A DNA stretch of 64,000 nt from positions 517,463 to 581,462 of the forward strand of contig NW_003314371.1 in the NCBI RefSeq assembly GCF_000143415.4, written 5' to 3'. Shown one piece after another: positions 48,630 through 60,539 of the stretch. The position numbers were made by a program, and so were the translations under genes. A model generated the notes under the pieces. It saw nothing but the letters and a program-made list of their open reading frames with translations, was not told where the DNA came from and ran no database searches. This stretch comes from Selaginella moellendorffii (Eukaryota > Plantae > Lycopodiophyta). Positions within the stretch are counted from its first letter, which is position 1; every line of letters begins with the position of its first letter.

Positions 48630-51600
48630 TAATAATAATAATAATAATAACTGGATTTGGTATTTTATATTTGAAATGTTTATTAAAATTCATATCAGAA
48701 TAATAGTACACTTTACAATTTCCTCTTTAAATGGTAGAAAATATATTAAAAGGTGTTCAATTAATGTTTGATAATGCATATAATGGACTTTTCATGAGGT
48801 ATTTTATTAAAAATTTGCACAAAATGTTCAAATTTATTTACTTGTTTAAAAAATATTTTACATATTTACACCTTTGAACTTTAATGCAATTATAGCAAAA
48901 ATTCATAATAAAAATCCAAATGTTACTTTTTGAGTGTTAAATGTTTTAGAGCCAAATTAAAACAATTACATTTTTTTAAAGGATAATGATTTAGATATTT
49001 AACAAGTAATATTTTAGAGTCTTTGAATGTATAATTAATTTAAAGTTGAAATATGCTTATCTTTGTGATATTTGAAAACATTTGATGCAAAATAATTAAC
49101 ATATAGTATCATAAGCAAAAGTAATAGACAATGTAGAAAAGCTTCTTCATAATGCAATTTCATAAATTTACTATTATATTGTTATGCCTTTAAATCCTAC
49201 TATATTCAAAATATAAATGCACAAATATACTGATGTGGTGAATATACTAACATAGTTTTGCTTATGCTTTAGATAATAAAAAATTAGATTGCCTTGTAAT
49301 CACACAATTAGTGCAATGTTATAAAAAAAATGAGCATGCACACTAATATATGCTACTTGTGGGTATTTTTATCCTATTGATATTGAACATTTGAAAATGG
49401 ATAGTATATTGCCATTAAAAACTCATAAACTTTTAGGATGTTTAAGAAAAATATAAATTCACATTGAAAATCTCGAGAAAGAGAAATGAAAATTTTGTTG
49501 TGGATGTTTTGGTTAATGTGGTAATAACTGATGCATAATGTAAAGTTTTAAAATTTCTTATTGATTTTTAGTTATAAACCTAATATAAAAACACTTTCCC
49601 TTTATTGTTTTACTTGATCTCAGCTGACCCCTAGTTGCCATACACTTCCATCGGCAGCCTTGGAGTGGCCATGGCTTGCAGCGGAGTCTTGAGGTAGCAA
49701 GAGCCATTGTAAACCTCCTCTATGGATGGTATTGTCCCTGGCACAAAGCTCCAATCAAAGCCGTGAATGAGATTGGCCACCAGCAGCTCCACTGTTCGCA
49801 ATCCCAAGGGCATTCCAGGGCACATTCTACGACCGGATCCAAACGGGAGGAGCTCAAAGTTTTGGCCTTTGAAATCGATGGAGCTCCCCAAGAAGCGCTC
49901 TGGGTAAAACTGGGTGGGATTCTCCCACACTGCCGAATCCATATGCACAGCCCAAACATTCACCAGGAGAGTGGTTCCCTTTGGAACGGTATAACCGGCA
50001 ATTGTGGCTTCCTGGGTGGCCATGCGTGGGAAAAGGAGCACTCCTGGAGGATACATTCTAAGTGTCTCCTTGAGAACAAGCTGGAGATAGTCGAGCTTTG
50101 GGATGTCGGATTCTTGGACCATCTGGTCACTGCCTACGACTCGGTCAAGCTCCTCCCGGAGCTTGATCAAAACCCGAGGATTATGCATCACCAAGGCCAT
50201 GATCCATTCGCTTGTGGTAGCAGTAGCGTCAGTCCCAGCCATAAGCATCTCCTGGAATGAAAGTTATAGCAATCACAAAGTACATAAGAAGAAGTCTTAC
50301 CAACAGATTTGCTTTAACGTGTGTTTCCCCCTGGGCATTATTTCCGTAGAACTCAAGCATGATATCAAGGAAGTCCTTGCATTCCCGTGTCGTTTCCTTG
50401 TGCTCGTCAATGATCTTTCGCAAGAACTTCTCTTGTTTCGCATGGATTTGCTTGTACCGAGGGATCTGCCAGTCCAGCCATCTTAAATACCACGGTACGA
50501 GGGTGCTAATGCACGAGGGATTGATCACCAGGTCGACAATGGAGAGCAGAATCTCTTTGAATTCTAAAGCGTCGGAGTCGACTTCGTCTTCACCAAAGTA
50601 CCTCTTGCTCATCAAAATCCTGGACATATTGTTGAAAGCAAAAATGGAGAACAGCGATCTTATTTCCACGGGCTTGCTGTTGCTGAAAGACTTTAAGATC
50701 TCTCCCAAGGCATGGGAGAGCTCCTCCTTTCTCATCCATGCAAATGAATCGATGGACTTGGCTGTGAAGAGCTCCATGGAACACAGCTTGCGAGTGTCTT
50801 TCCAGTACTTCCCATATGGAGAAGTTCCAAGTCCCGAATAGTTATAGCTGAAGTGGTCGCCTAAAACCATGTATGGCCTGGAACCAAACTTTATGTCGTG
50901 TGTGGTAAATACTTCCTTGATTATCTTCTGGCTAGAGATAACCACAGTGGGCATCATTCCCATCTTCAAGAACACAATGGGGCCATACTTTCTGGAGATA
51001 GATTGTAAACTCCTATGTGGGGGCTTTCCTGCCAGTAAATGAAGGTGGCCGATCAGGGGCAGTCCCCATGGGCCTGGGGGGAGGTTTTTGAAAGATCTGT
51101 AGCGCCATGATAGAACTAAGAAGAGAATAAAAGCTACAAAGAGCACAACTGGAAGGATTTCCATGAACGCAAACCTCTTACGCTGCCAATTGGAAAATTG
51201 CCTCTTTATATGGAAGTTCATAACACAACACCATACGTTCTAAGCAAGAGTTTGGTTCAATTGTGAGAATCGAACTAAACTCGAAGGCTACGCATGGGAC
51301 TTAGATACAAATTTTAAAAGAAAGTTTGAATATATGGTTAGCATTGTTCATGTGACAAATAAACCTGCGGATGCAACACCTCGTCCAAATCTCATACAGC
51401 TCGCAAGGGGACCCAACTTCTATTGTACCTTGGAGCTGGTTTTGAGGAAAATGTAGCCACTAGCTCACGTCCAAAACTCGCAAACTCGTCACCCGGCTGT
51501 GAATCCACTGTCCATTCTTGGTTTCCTTCATATGAACCAACCAAAGAATAGAAGCTTCAAGTGTGTCAGACTTTTTGGTTTGAGCATTATGTGCAACTTT

Positions 51601-52750
51601 CTTTCTAGAAGGAGTTGACACGCTTGACTTTGAACGATAGTTTGGCTTTCCACGAGTTTTCTCATAACACATTCTCGCGGGAGAGCTCTGCAATACACCA
51701 GTCAGTCAAAGCCACAAAGTAACCTTTCTTTGGGTAATGTAAGCACGAAAGCCCCTAAAACTTATTCAAATGGACGGGCATACCGTTTCTCTACCAGCAC
51801 TCTGCAACCTCAAATCTGTCCGACAGCAGGTTCTTAAGCTCATCATCGTCCGCACCAACTAGCGGATCTGGCATCGCCACCAGGATCTTCTGGAGCAACT
51901 GCTTCACCTCCCGGTTCAGCAACATAAAGTTGTCTCCCAGCCCGAAGCACGTCAAATGGATATGGCCGTCTTCACCTTTGCCTTCGGTCCATAACACCCA
52001 GTTTGAGGGACTAACCAGCTTTGGCTCCTGTAGAAAGACCAGCAGCGTGACGATCCCGATATCTACGTCCAAAACACCGAACTCGCATTTAAGCTTGTCA
52101 GCTGAGACGGCTTGTAGCTACCCTGTATCGGTATTTGCTTGCAGATGTGCGGCGGGCAAAGCACGAAGCTCTTTCTCGACTCATGCTTGCAATCAAGACC
52201 ATGCGCCGTCTTCAACTTCGTGTACACCAGTTCTTTGGTTCGCGGTCAGTGCGATATGATGAGCTCAACATAAACCAAACGATAACCATTCTTCGACAGG
52301 CCCTGGATGACAAGAACAAGGACTACCATTCTTCTCGGCTTCACCATGCCATCTTTCCTGCTCGGATTGGAGCTTTCGAGACAGTAATCTTGACGGAGAA
52401 AGCTGGGCCTTCAATGCTGGGGATCACACCAGTTCCTGCATCCGCATGTCAGTTGGCATGCTGCAGCTCAAGCTCGTTCCTTCATAAATGACACACTCTC
52501 AAAATATAGCCCTTGAATGACCCGTGATGCAAGACCGCCCTCTTTGCAGCTCGGTGATCATTACTTCGATCCAGACTTTGAAGGCAATGCATGACATTCT
52601 TGAGTGCCTGATCAGCGGGAACTGTCGGAAGAATCCAGCCCCTAAATTCCGAGTCCATGTCGCAGTGCCGGAGGAACCGGAGCACGCCTTACGTTACCAA
52701 TCCGATGATGCCGTATAAAATACATATGACGTTATTTGTCGGTGATGTGT
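48630..52750. repeat. Segmental duplicate unit B
   Basis: Collinear with 39880-43800; begins in a (TAA)n tract. Confidence 0.92.
49631..51164 (-). CDS. Cytochrome P450, CYP71 clan, copy B (same protein as copy A)
   Basis: ORF-track translations are identical to those of 40850-42440. Confidence 0.94.
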
Positions 52751-54937
52751 CACGTTTGATTTGTTCCACGTGTTCGAACCAAGTTATGAGGACTGGAGCA
52801 GAGCCCTAAGCGGAGACTTCCCATCCAGCTCCTCCCCCAGGACTTGCTCGAGATAGAGCACCATGGAAGCCTTGGTGCTGTAGCTTGCAAGCTTGTCTGC
52901 GAGCTCCGGGGTCCGAGGAGGATAAGCCGAAGAATGTACGCTCGCAAGGCTGCAGTGGCAGACGTGAACTCCCAGCTGGCGACTTCCCCGTGCACGATGC
53001 CTGGACAAGGCAAGAGTACTATGCTGTAATGGATGCCTGTGCTTCACTAGTTTGAGAAATGCAGAAGAACGAAGACTTGCCCTCGTCCAACATGTTCCTC
53101 AGCTCGTTGATGTGTGCATACACTGATTCATGCGTACCTCCCATGAATTCCAACCCGCTCACGTCCCTGGGTACAGTACCTTAGGACATAATACAAATTA
53201 GTGCTGCTTAACGATGTTCAAAAATATACCTTCCTCTCTTAAATGAATTGAAAATACCTATAAAGTGATATCCTTGATGCCCTACCTCTAGAATCTAAGC
53301 CCGAAGCATCTCTTCACACACAGTAAGTTAATGCTCCCTGAGAGAAATATGAACAAGAGCAACCCAATAGACCACGATTACAATGATATCAGTAGGATAT
53401 TTTACTAGTATTTAAAATTAGGACACTTCTTTGTGATCTAAGCTAACGAAAATAAAATTTCAGAAGAAACTAGTAATTAATAAATAAATCAAAATAATCA
53501 AAGATTACTGAGGAACCCAAAGAACATGTTAAGACAAGAAGCCTCATAGAGACAATACCATTGGGTGATGAATATAAAGAAGTGGTGGCAAAGATAGGAC
53601 GCATTCCACTGAAAACCATGCACCTGCTTAGAAATGAGACTAATTATTTTGGTTTGCTGAAAAAATCAAGTTGTTACGTAACAGATGAAACTGAGCTGGA
53701 TGAGACTTGAAAATTGGACATTTAGACTGCAACAGAAATTTATGCAGTTCTTTTTCTAGACTGATGTCAAATATGATCCAACAAATGACAAATGTGGCAT
53801 GTTCAGCTTGATGCTAGCTGGATGCTAATCTTCCATGTATCGCTCCAAAGGATATACCATGGAGTGTTAAGGTTAAGGAGCTTAGATGAGTGGCTTCACT
53901 GCAGGAGAGAGAATATTGAAGAGACAGATAGATCACTTTAAACAGAGGCAAACTTCCGCTTCTTGTTCACACTCCCTCCCCTGGAAAAAAAGTTAGTTTC
54001 GCACACTTCACCGTTTCGCTTGATGTCATTGACAATCTCGACACCCTTGGGAATCTTCACCTCCTCTGACACGGAACGGGAACATTGTACTGCAGCACCG
54101 CTTTGCACTAGCAATACCTGCATTGGTCGTTCCTTAAGTATGAGCAGCTACAAAAGCATACAGCTTGTTTTGTTACCATACAGGACTTGTTGTGGTGGCT
54201 CTGGAAGCCGAACTGGTCATAGTTCGATTCCACCAGGAGGAAGCAGAGTACAAACTTGTGCGGCTTACTGGTACCAGCATAGATACTGTTCCATGGCACG
54301 CTGCTAAAGTTGGTTGCGCCAGCGTCCTAGGAAGAATAGTGTAGTCCACAGCCCCATTATTCTTGATCACTGGCCTCCATGCATAGTGGATAGCATCAGC
54401 ACTTGCCATCATTTGCAATTAGCCAACCAATGGTAACTCAGCTCAGCAGTAACTCATTTTCCTCCAGTAGAACAATTTTCAAATCTCCTTTGTAGTATCG
54501 CAAATTCGAAAGGCTCGCAACCATCGCATGCAATCCTCACAAGATTTCCCTGATCTTCAGATTTGCAGTTTCTAAAATAGGTCATATCCAGTGAAAATTA
54601 AAAGTAAATGTTGAGTCAATAACAGTTCATTTTGGACCCAAACATTTTTCTTTGCAAAGATCCTAAAGGATATTCTCCTTCCTTTTAATGGTCATTATTT
54701 TGCCTACCATTAATTTTATATATTACTAGTACTTGCCCAGCCAATGCTGGGTAGTTGGCAAAACCTCTCAAATTCACCAACATATCTTTGTGATAGAACT
54801 TGCTCACATCTCACAATTTCCTTGTGAAAGGATTCCCCCATCTTTAGCACTGGGCATTTTTGGTCCATTGCTATCCATTAGACCATAAGGAAAGTTAAAA
54901 AATAAACAAAGTTTATTATAGTTTGTTTTTATGTTTT

Positions 54938-55933
54938 TGTAAGCTCATGAATTTGGACTTCCCGGGAGGTCACCCAGCCCAGTACTATTCAAACCCAAGG
55001 ATGCTTAACTCCAACTATCCCAAGACCCTTAACCGATTAGAAAAGGGGGTGCACTCTTGTTCATGGGCCATTTCCCTCTATATTTGAACCCTTATGGATC
55101 GTTTCTCAAGTCATTCCTTTTGGTTGCTTACAATCCACCACGCTTCCCTTCAAGTTCACGCCCTCGTGAACGGAAGCTGAGAGCCGCAGCTCTCCCGAGA
55201 GCCCTGCTCTCTTGACACCCTACCCTTCGGGTCGAGCCCAGCGGGAGCAAACTGGACCAGCTAAATGTCAATCAACATGTGGTATGATTCCCCTAGCCAA
55301 CCAACAGAGTCGGACCTGAGACCCCTCTAATACCAAATGTAAGCTCATGAATTTGGACTTCCCGGGAGGTCACCCAGCCCAGTACTATTCAAACCCAAGG
55401 ACGCTTAACTCCAATTATCCCAAGACCCTTAACCGATTAGAAAAGGGGGTGCACTTTTGTTCATGGGCCCTTTCCCTCTATATTTGAACCCTTATGGATC
55501 GTTTCTCAAGTCATTCCTTTTGGTTGCTTACAATCCACCACGCTTCCCTTCAAGTTCACGCCCTCGTGAACGGAAGCTGAGAGCCACAGCTCTCCCGAGA
55601 GCCCTGCTCTCTTGACACCCTACCCTTTGGGTCGAGCCCAGTGGGAGCAAACTGGACTAGCCAAATGTCAATCAACATGTAGTGTGATTTCCCTATCCAA
55701 CCAACAGAGTCGGACCCGAGACCCCTCTGATACCAAATGTAAGCTCATGAATTTGGACTTCCCGGGAGGTCACCCAACCCAGTACTATTCAAACCCAAGG
55801 ACACTTAACTCCAACTTTCCCAAGACCCTTAATTGATTGGAAAAGGGGGTGCACTCTTGTTCATGGGCCCTTTTCCCTCTATATTTGAACCCCTATGGAT
55901 CGTTTCTCAAGTCGTTCCCTTTGATTGCTTACA
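54938..55933 (-). mobile_element. Tandem-array Cassandra-like TRIM (3 LTRs, 2 internal domains)
   Basis: LTRs at 54938-55132, 55338-55532 and 55738-55933 with TGTAAGC...GCTTACA termini. tRNA-Met PBS TGGTATCAGA, purine tract GAAGGGAAGCGTGGTGGAT, and 5-bp TSD GTTTT (54933-54937 and 55934-55938). Confidence 0.93.
54955..55010 (-). promoter_or_regulatory. 5S rRNA-derived internal Pol III promoter segment in the LTR (also 55355-55410 and 55755-55810)
   Basis: AGTTAAGC(A/G)TCCTTGGGTTTGAATAGTACTGGGCTGGGTGACCTCCCGGGAAGTCC aligns to the A-box/IE/C-box region of plant 5S rRNA. Confidence 0.88.
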
Positions 55934-58900
55934 GTTTTAAGGTGTAATAGGAGAGGAGTTAATTAATATAAAGCTTATTTGTATACAATATTGATGGTGA
56001 ATGTTGATGAATTGAATGGAATTAAGTGGCCTTGTGTATAAGTTGTGTCAACTTGAATTGCAAGTTGTTGTGGTGATATGCATCTTGAAAGTGCAACATA
56101 GAGCTATCCATGGGTAAAAATTGGCTGGAGTAAGTAGATGCTCATATGATCAAATGTTTAACTTTAGTATTTTGAAAATTTTAAGTAGTATTTAAGACGA
56201 AGAGGAAATTGTTTTTGAAACATATGGAATGGAATATTTGAATCAAAGGGTCTTAAGTTAATGCATGGGATAAAAGTTTTAATACCTTTAAATTCACCTG
56301 TAATTATTTCACAATCCAAAACTTTATATGAAGTTCTTTTGACCATTAGTCAAGTCCCATTGCATAATCCAATTGTTGGAGACATATTTCTCAGAAAGAT
56401 AATTATACAACCTTCTTTTAGTATCAATTTGTGTGATAGTAGTCCAAAAGGAGTGATAGAGTTTAGAGATTCAATTGGGAAATATTTAGGATGTTTAACA
56501 TTAATAGAGTCAATGCTAATATAAATTTAAGGTGGATTTGGTAATTGAGAGATGATGTTGTTGTTAAATTGAAAATGTATCATCATTGAGAGGTGTTAAA
56601 AATGGCTATATTTGCTGTAATTTGAACATTTGAAATGTCTTCAATATATATATGAAATCAGTAATAAAGGTACTTCTAATTAGTTTTGAAGGAAGAAGGA
56701 TAGAATCAAGTGGTAAAATATGGTTTTATGTGTAATTATTTCTATCACCGACTTTCAATAGCCATTCTACCTAGTCTAGGAACTTGGGGCCAAAACTGCA
56801 TATTTGTTTACAATTGGAACTTTCTAAATAGATTCTATAGACTATTCATTCTTACAGATGTGGAAACAATTTGTACTCGATGACTATGTGGGATAACTAG
56901 TAATGTTTGATGGAAGTCAACCCTTGTAACACCAAATGAAAAATTATTCTCTTTTAAGTCTCTTAAGTAGTGATTTATAACTGAAAAGGCAAGTGTATGA
57001 ACTATACTAATTTCATCCTAAATAAGCATTTGTATTGCTTTCATAGATCTACTGGCACTGTTATTAAGTATTAAACCAGAAACAAATGTATCATTAATTG
57101 GAACTGATAATTTAAAGATCATATGGGATGTTTGCCCATTGTGTAGTAGTGTGCTTGCAATGCCCATCCATGCTATACAAACCACTTTTTTATTGTAGAA
57201 CTCAAAATATTTTACCATTATATTTAATAAATATGTTTTGCTAGTGCTGCCAAGGCCATCAATAAAAATAAAACGGTTAGTATTAGTCGAGCACTCAACA
57301 ATGTTAACAATTTTATTGAATATAGCTAATTATTCAGTATTCAAATTTCTAATATCATGGTAAATTTTTGTATATGAATGGTTACAGTTTAGTATTGATT
57401 GAATAAAAGTATTTAGAGTTGGGATAGGTAAATTGTATGATTAGTTTGTTTTACCATGTATTTTCATTCTTGGATTAATGTTTATTAGAGCAAGTTTATA
57501 TTGGCATACAATATTTATTTTACCAAAATCTTTAGAGAGCTGATCCTTAAAAACATCCAAAAAATATGGTGGGTCTTATGAATTGCAAAAAATGCATATA
57601 AAAGTAAAGAGTTGACGCAATTGTGTAAGCCTTTAAAAATTGCATGCTTCTTGTAAACAGTTATACCACTCATTATCATCGTTAAGAAGACCCATAGCAA
57701 TAGTAGCTTGTTGAAAATTTTAGTAAGTTATATTATTAACTGTTTTAATATTGTCAAAAGATATCACACCTTTTTTATGAAAAAGAATAATACATAAGTG
57801 GTATAACTCGGTATTTAGAGGAAATACTGAGTAAAGTTGAGGAATAACCTTTTTTTTTTTCGACATTGCCATACATTAGCAGATTTATTGAAAACATAAT
57901 ATAAAGGTATTTGAATGTAGGTATATTATTTTGCATTTGGATCATGAATATTGAGCTCAAACCATTTTGTTAGCATTGTTCCATTACATGCTGCTCTTTG
58001 CAAGACATTGTGCTTTAAACCTTCTATAATCTATATAAAAATCAACTCTCATATTTTTTATTAGATCTATAGTATTATAAATTATTGCTTTCAATTTTAA
58101 CATAGGCATCTACAATATATTGTTGGGTGAGTTTTCCAGCATATAAAATTTGGTCATATGTAACTGTAGAGGTTGATAATGTTGAATATCTTTTGAACAA
58201 ATGATAGGCATAATATTGAAGGAGTGTTATATGCTTATTAAAAGAAAGCTTGCCATTTGAAAAAAACAATTTAAAGGTCAAAAGGTGGCACACCATCTTC
58301 ACTTTGGAAAACTATTGTAACATCATTAGTTTGTGGAGTATTATATCGATGATGGTCTATGCCTTCATTTTTAATGAGCATATATACTCCACATAAATTG
58401 CTACTAGAAATGATAGTTCTTGAAATATTTTCTTGTTCCAATTCATACATCATTCTAAATGCTTGTGCATATGGATTAATATGTCAAAGTATCTTATCTA
58501 GTTGAAGCAATAAATTATAATCACAGTTAATGTTAAAAGGGTTTTGTTTTCTGATATCAGTAGCCTCATTGGAGTCTAGCATGTATAATTGATTGTAACT
58601 TGGATTTTGATGTATTGAAGGATGTTGTGGCATAATTTTGTGATAGATTTGTCTATAGCAATATGGACAATGACCTGTAAGAGTATCAATGCTAGCTCCC
58701 ATAGACGTGAAAGCAAGTGCACTATTATATTGTCTTATATTACTCTTGAAATTAGAGTGTTTGTGTGAGGTATATACAGAATACAGAAAAGGTGGTAATG
58801 GAAGTATTGGAGGCAGGTAGACCTGTCCACTCTGGCAACAAATAGATTTGTTATCATCAACAAAGTGTGAAACATGACAATATTTACAAATATATGATAA

Positions 58901-60539
58901 AGGACCTATATTCATTGTCAAAATAGATGTATCATTATATAGGTAATTGCTAGCAAATGTGTTGCAAATTTGAGGTGAAGGGGGCAAATGGGAATTGGAA
59001 ATTGACTGTTGTTCAATGTGATGAATACTCAATGAGGAATTATTAAGATTTTTTTGATGTCGATACTCCATAACCTCTTGAATATTATTGTTGTAAAGCT
59101 ATATGTATGTTGGTGCTGGTTAGTGTCTTCAGCGTTATCATTGTAGGTGGAATGTGTATATCTGTGTTGAATAGCATTCAGTACATGTCAAAGGCACGAC
59201 ATTAATTTCAACAATTTCTTTTGGAAATGGAGATCAATTATTAGGGCAGATAGAAAGCAAAAGATTTTACGGATGGGCATAAAAACTGACCTTTTGGATG
59301 CAATCGGGTGTTGCCAAAAGAGCAGATTGATGTGTGTTACTTGATACACTGTCTTCTCGTAAGACTTACTTTTTTGCTACCTCATTGTGAGCGCCATGTT
59401 TCCTCCACCAAATTGGGATCTGTGAGGTGCCAGGAATTTGTGGAGGAGTGCGGTGCCTCACATCTGCAAGCTTGAATGGAGGATCATCCCGTCGTGTGGT
59501 GGCCCAGGAGGAGAAAACCCTAGCCCCGGTATGAATGGTGGGAACGTGGAGCCTCACTGGCCATTGGATCCAGCTCATCATTCCTCCCATGTTACATTAT
59601 AATGAGGACTTTTTCAGTGCGTTTTTAGCGAGTGGAATCTTTCCCAAAGATCAAAAACTTTGCTGCTCGAACTATAAGAACAGAGAGTTCTTGGTTGATC
59701 AAATCATCCAGCAGCAAAAAGAAAACTTCGAAGCTCTTGTGATCTTCAGAAAACTTCCAAACTCTCATGATCATCTCCAAGCATTGGAAATCTTCCAAGC
59801 TCTTGTCAACATTGTATGCATGGAGTAGCAGATTTCCACTCTTCTTCTTTTCCAGCTTCATGGACCCCAAGATGTAATGAAGCTGTGAGGATTGTCGACG
59901 AATCTCCATCACCATGAAGCGTTTGTCCATCCTGCTTGCGCCCTTGGCAAGTTTGGCAGCCATATCCACCAGTCCATCACTGCTGAGTGTGCCATGGAGA
60001 AAGCTCTCCTTGTCTTCACGATCACCACCGGAGAAAGCCACTCCATCTTTGGAACGATGTACCACTTGCTTGTTGCATGCTCTAGAGCTGATGCGAAAGT
60101 TTGGAATCCTTCCATGTCCATCCACCAGCCCTTCCAATGCCTAGAGTTCACAGTTGAGTCTCCATATGCATTGCCTCGAAAGTCATTGCTCATTGTGCAC
60201 AGAAACTTCCACAGCGCAGGCTCATAGAAGAGGTAGCCATACAGTAGAGCTTTTGAGCTCACTCAAATGTCACTACTTCCAAAAAGCAACTCTAGTGTCT
60301 CAAGAGCTATAACTTTCATCAGCAGATTGAGTTGGTTCTTGAGTTGATTCTTCCTTTCTGCCAGAGTTTCTCTGACTTGAGGCCCCAGAAAAAACCTGAG
60401 AAACCGTGGAATTCCAGTAAGAACACATTTTCTGGCTCGTGTAGCAAGAATCTAAGAGTTAGAGTTCCAGCTCCAACCACTGTTGGCCTCGCAAATGCTG
60501 TTAAGTTTGGATTGATGACACTGTAGTCTATTTGGATTT

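Larger units (their letters stand above)
54726..59185 (-). mobile_element. Degenerate autonomous-type Helitron (5' end not located)
   Basis: Rep/Hel remnants (CCQSGQVYLP, NIRQYNSALAFTSMG, QQYIVDAYVKIE, PIF1-like QFPLRL and LYVALSR). 3' hairpin cccagc-caat-gctggg at 54736-54751, then CTAG|T at 54729-54726. Confidence 0.85.

Noticed and set aside
54955-55810. 5S rDNA tandem array
   Set aside because: Only ~56 nt of the 120-nt gene is present, and it sits within LTRs that have PBS, PPT and a TSD.
54938-55933. CRISPR-like or satellite array
   Set aside because: The intervening segments are copies of each other and the structure is that of a TRIM.
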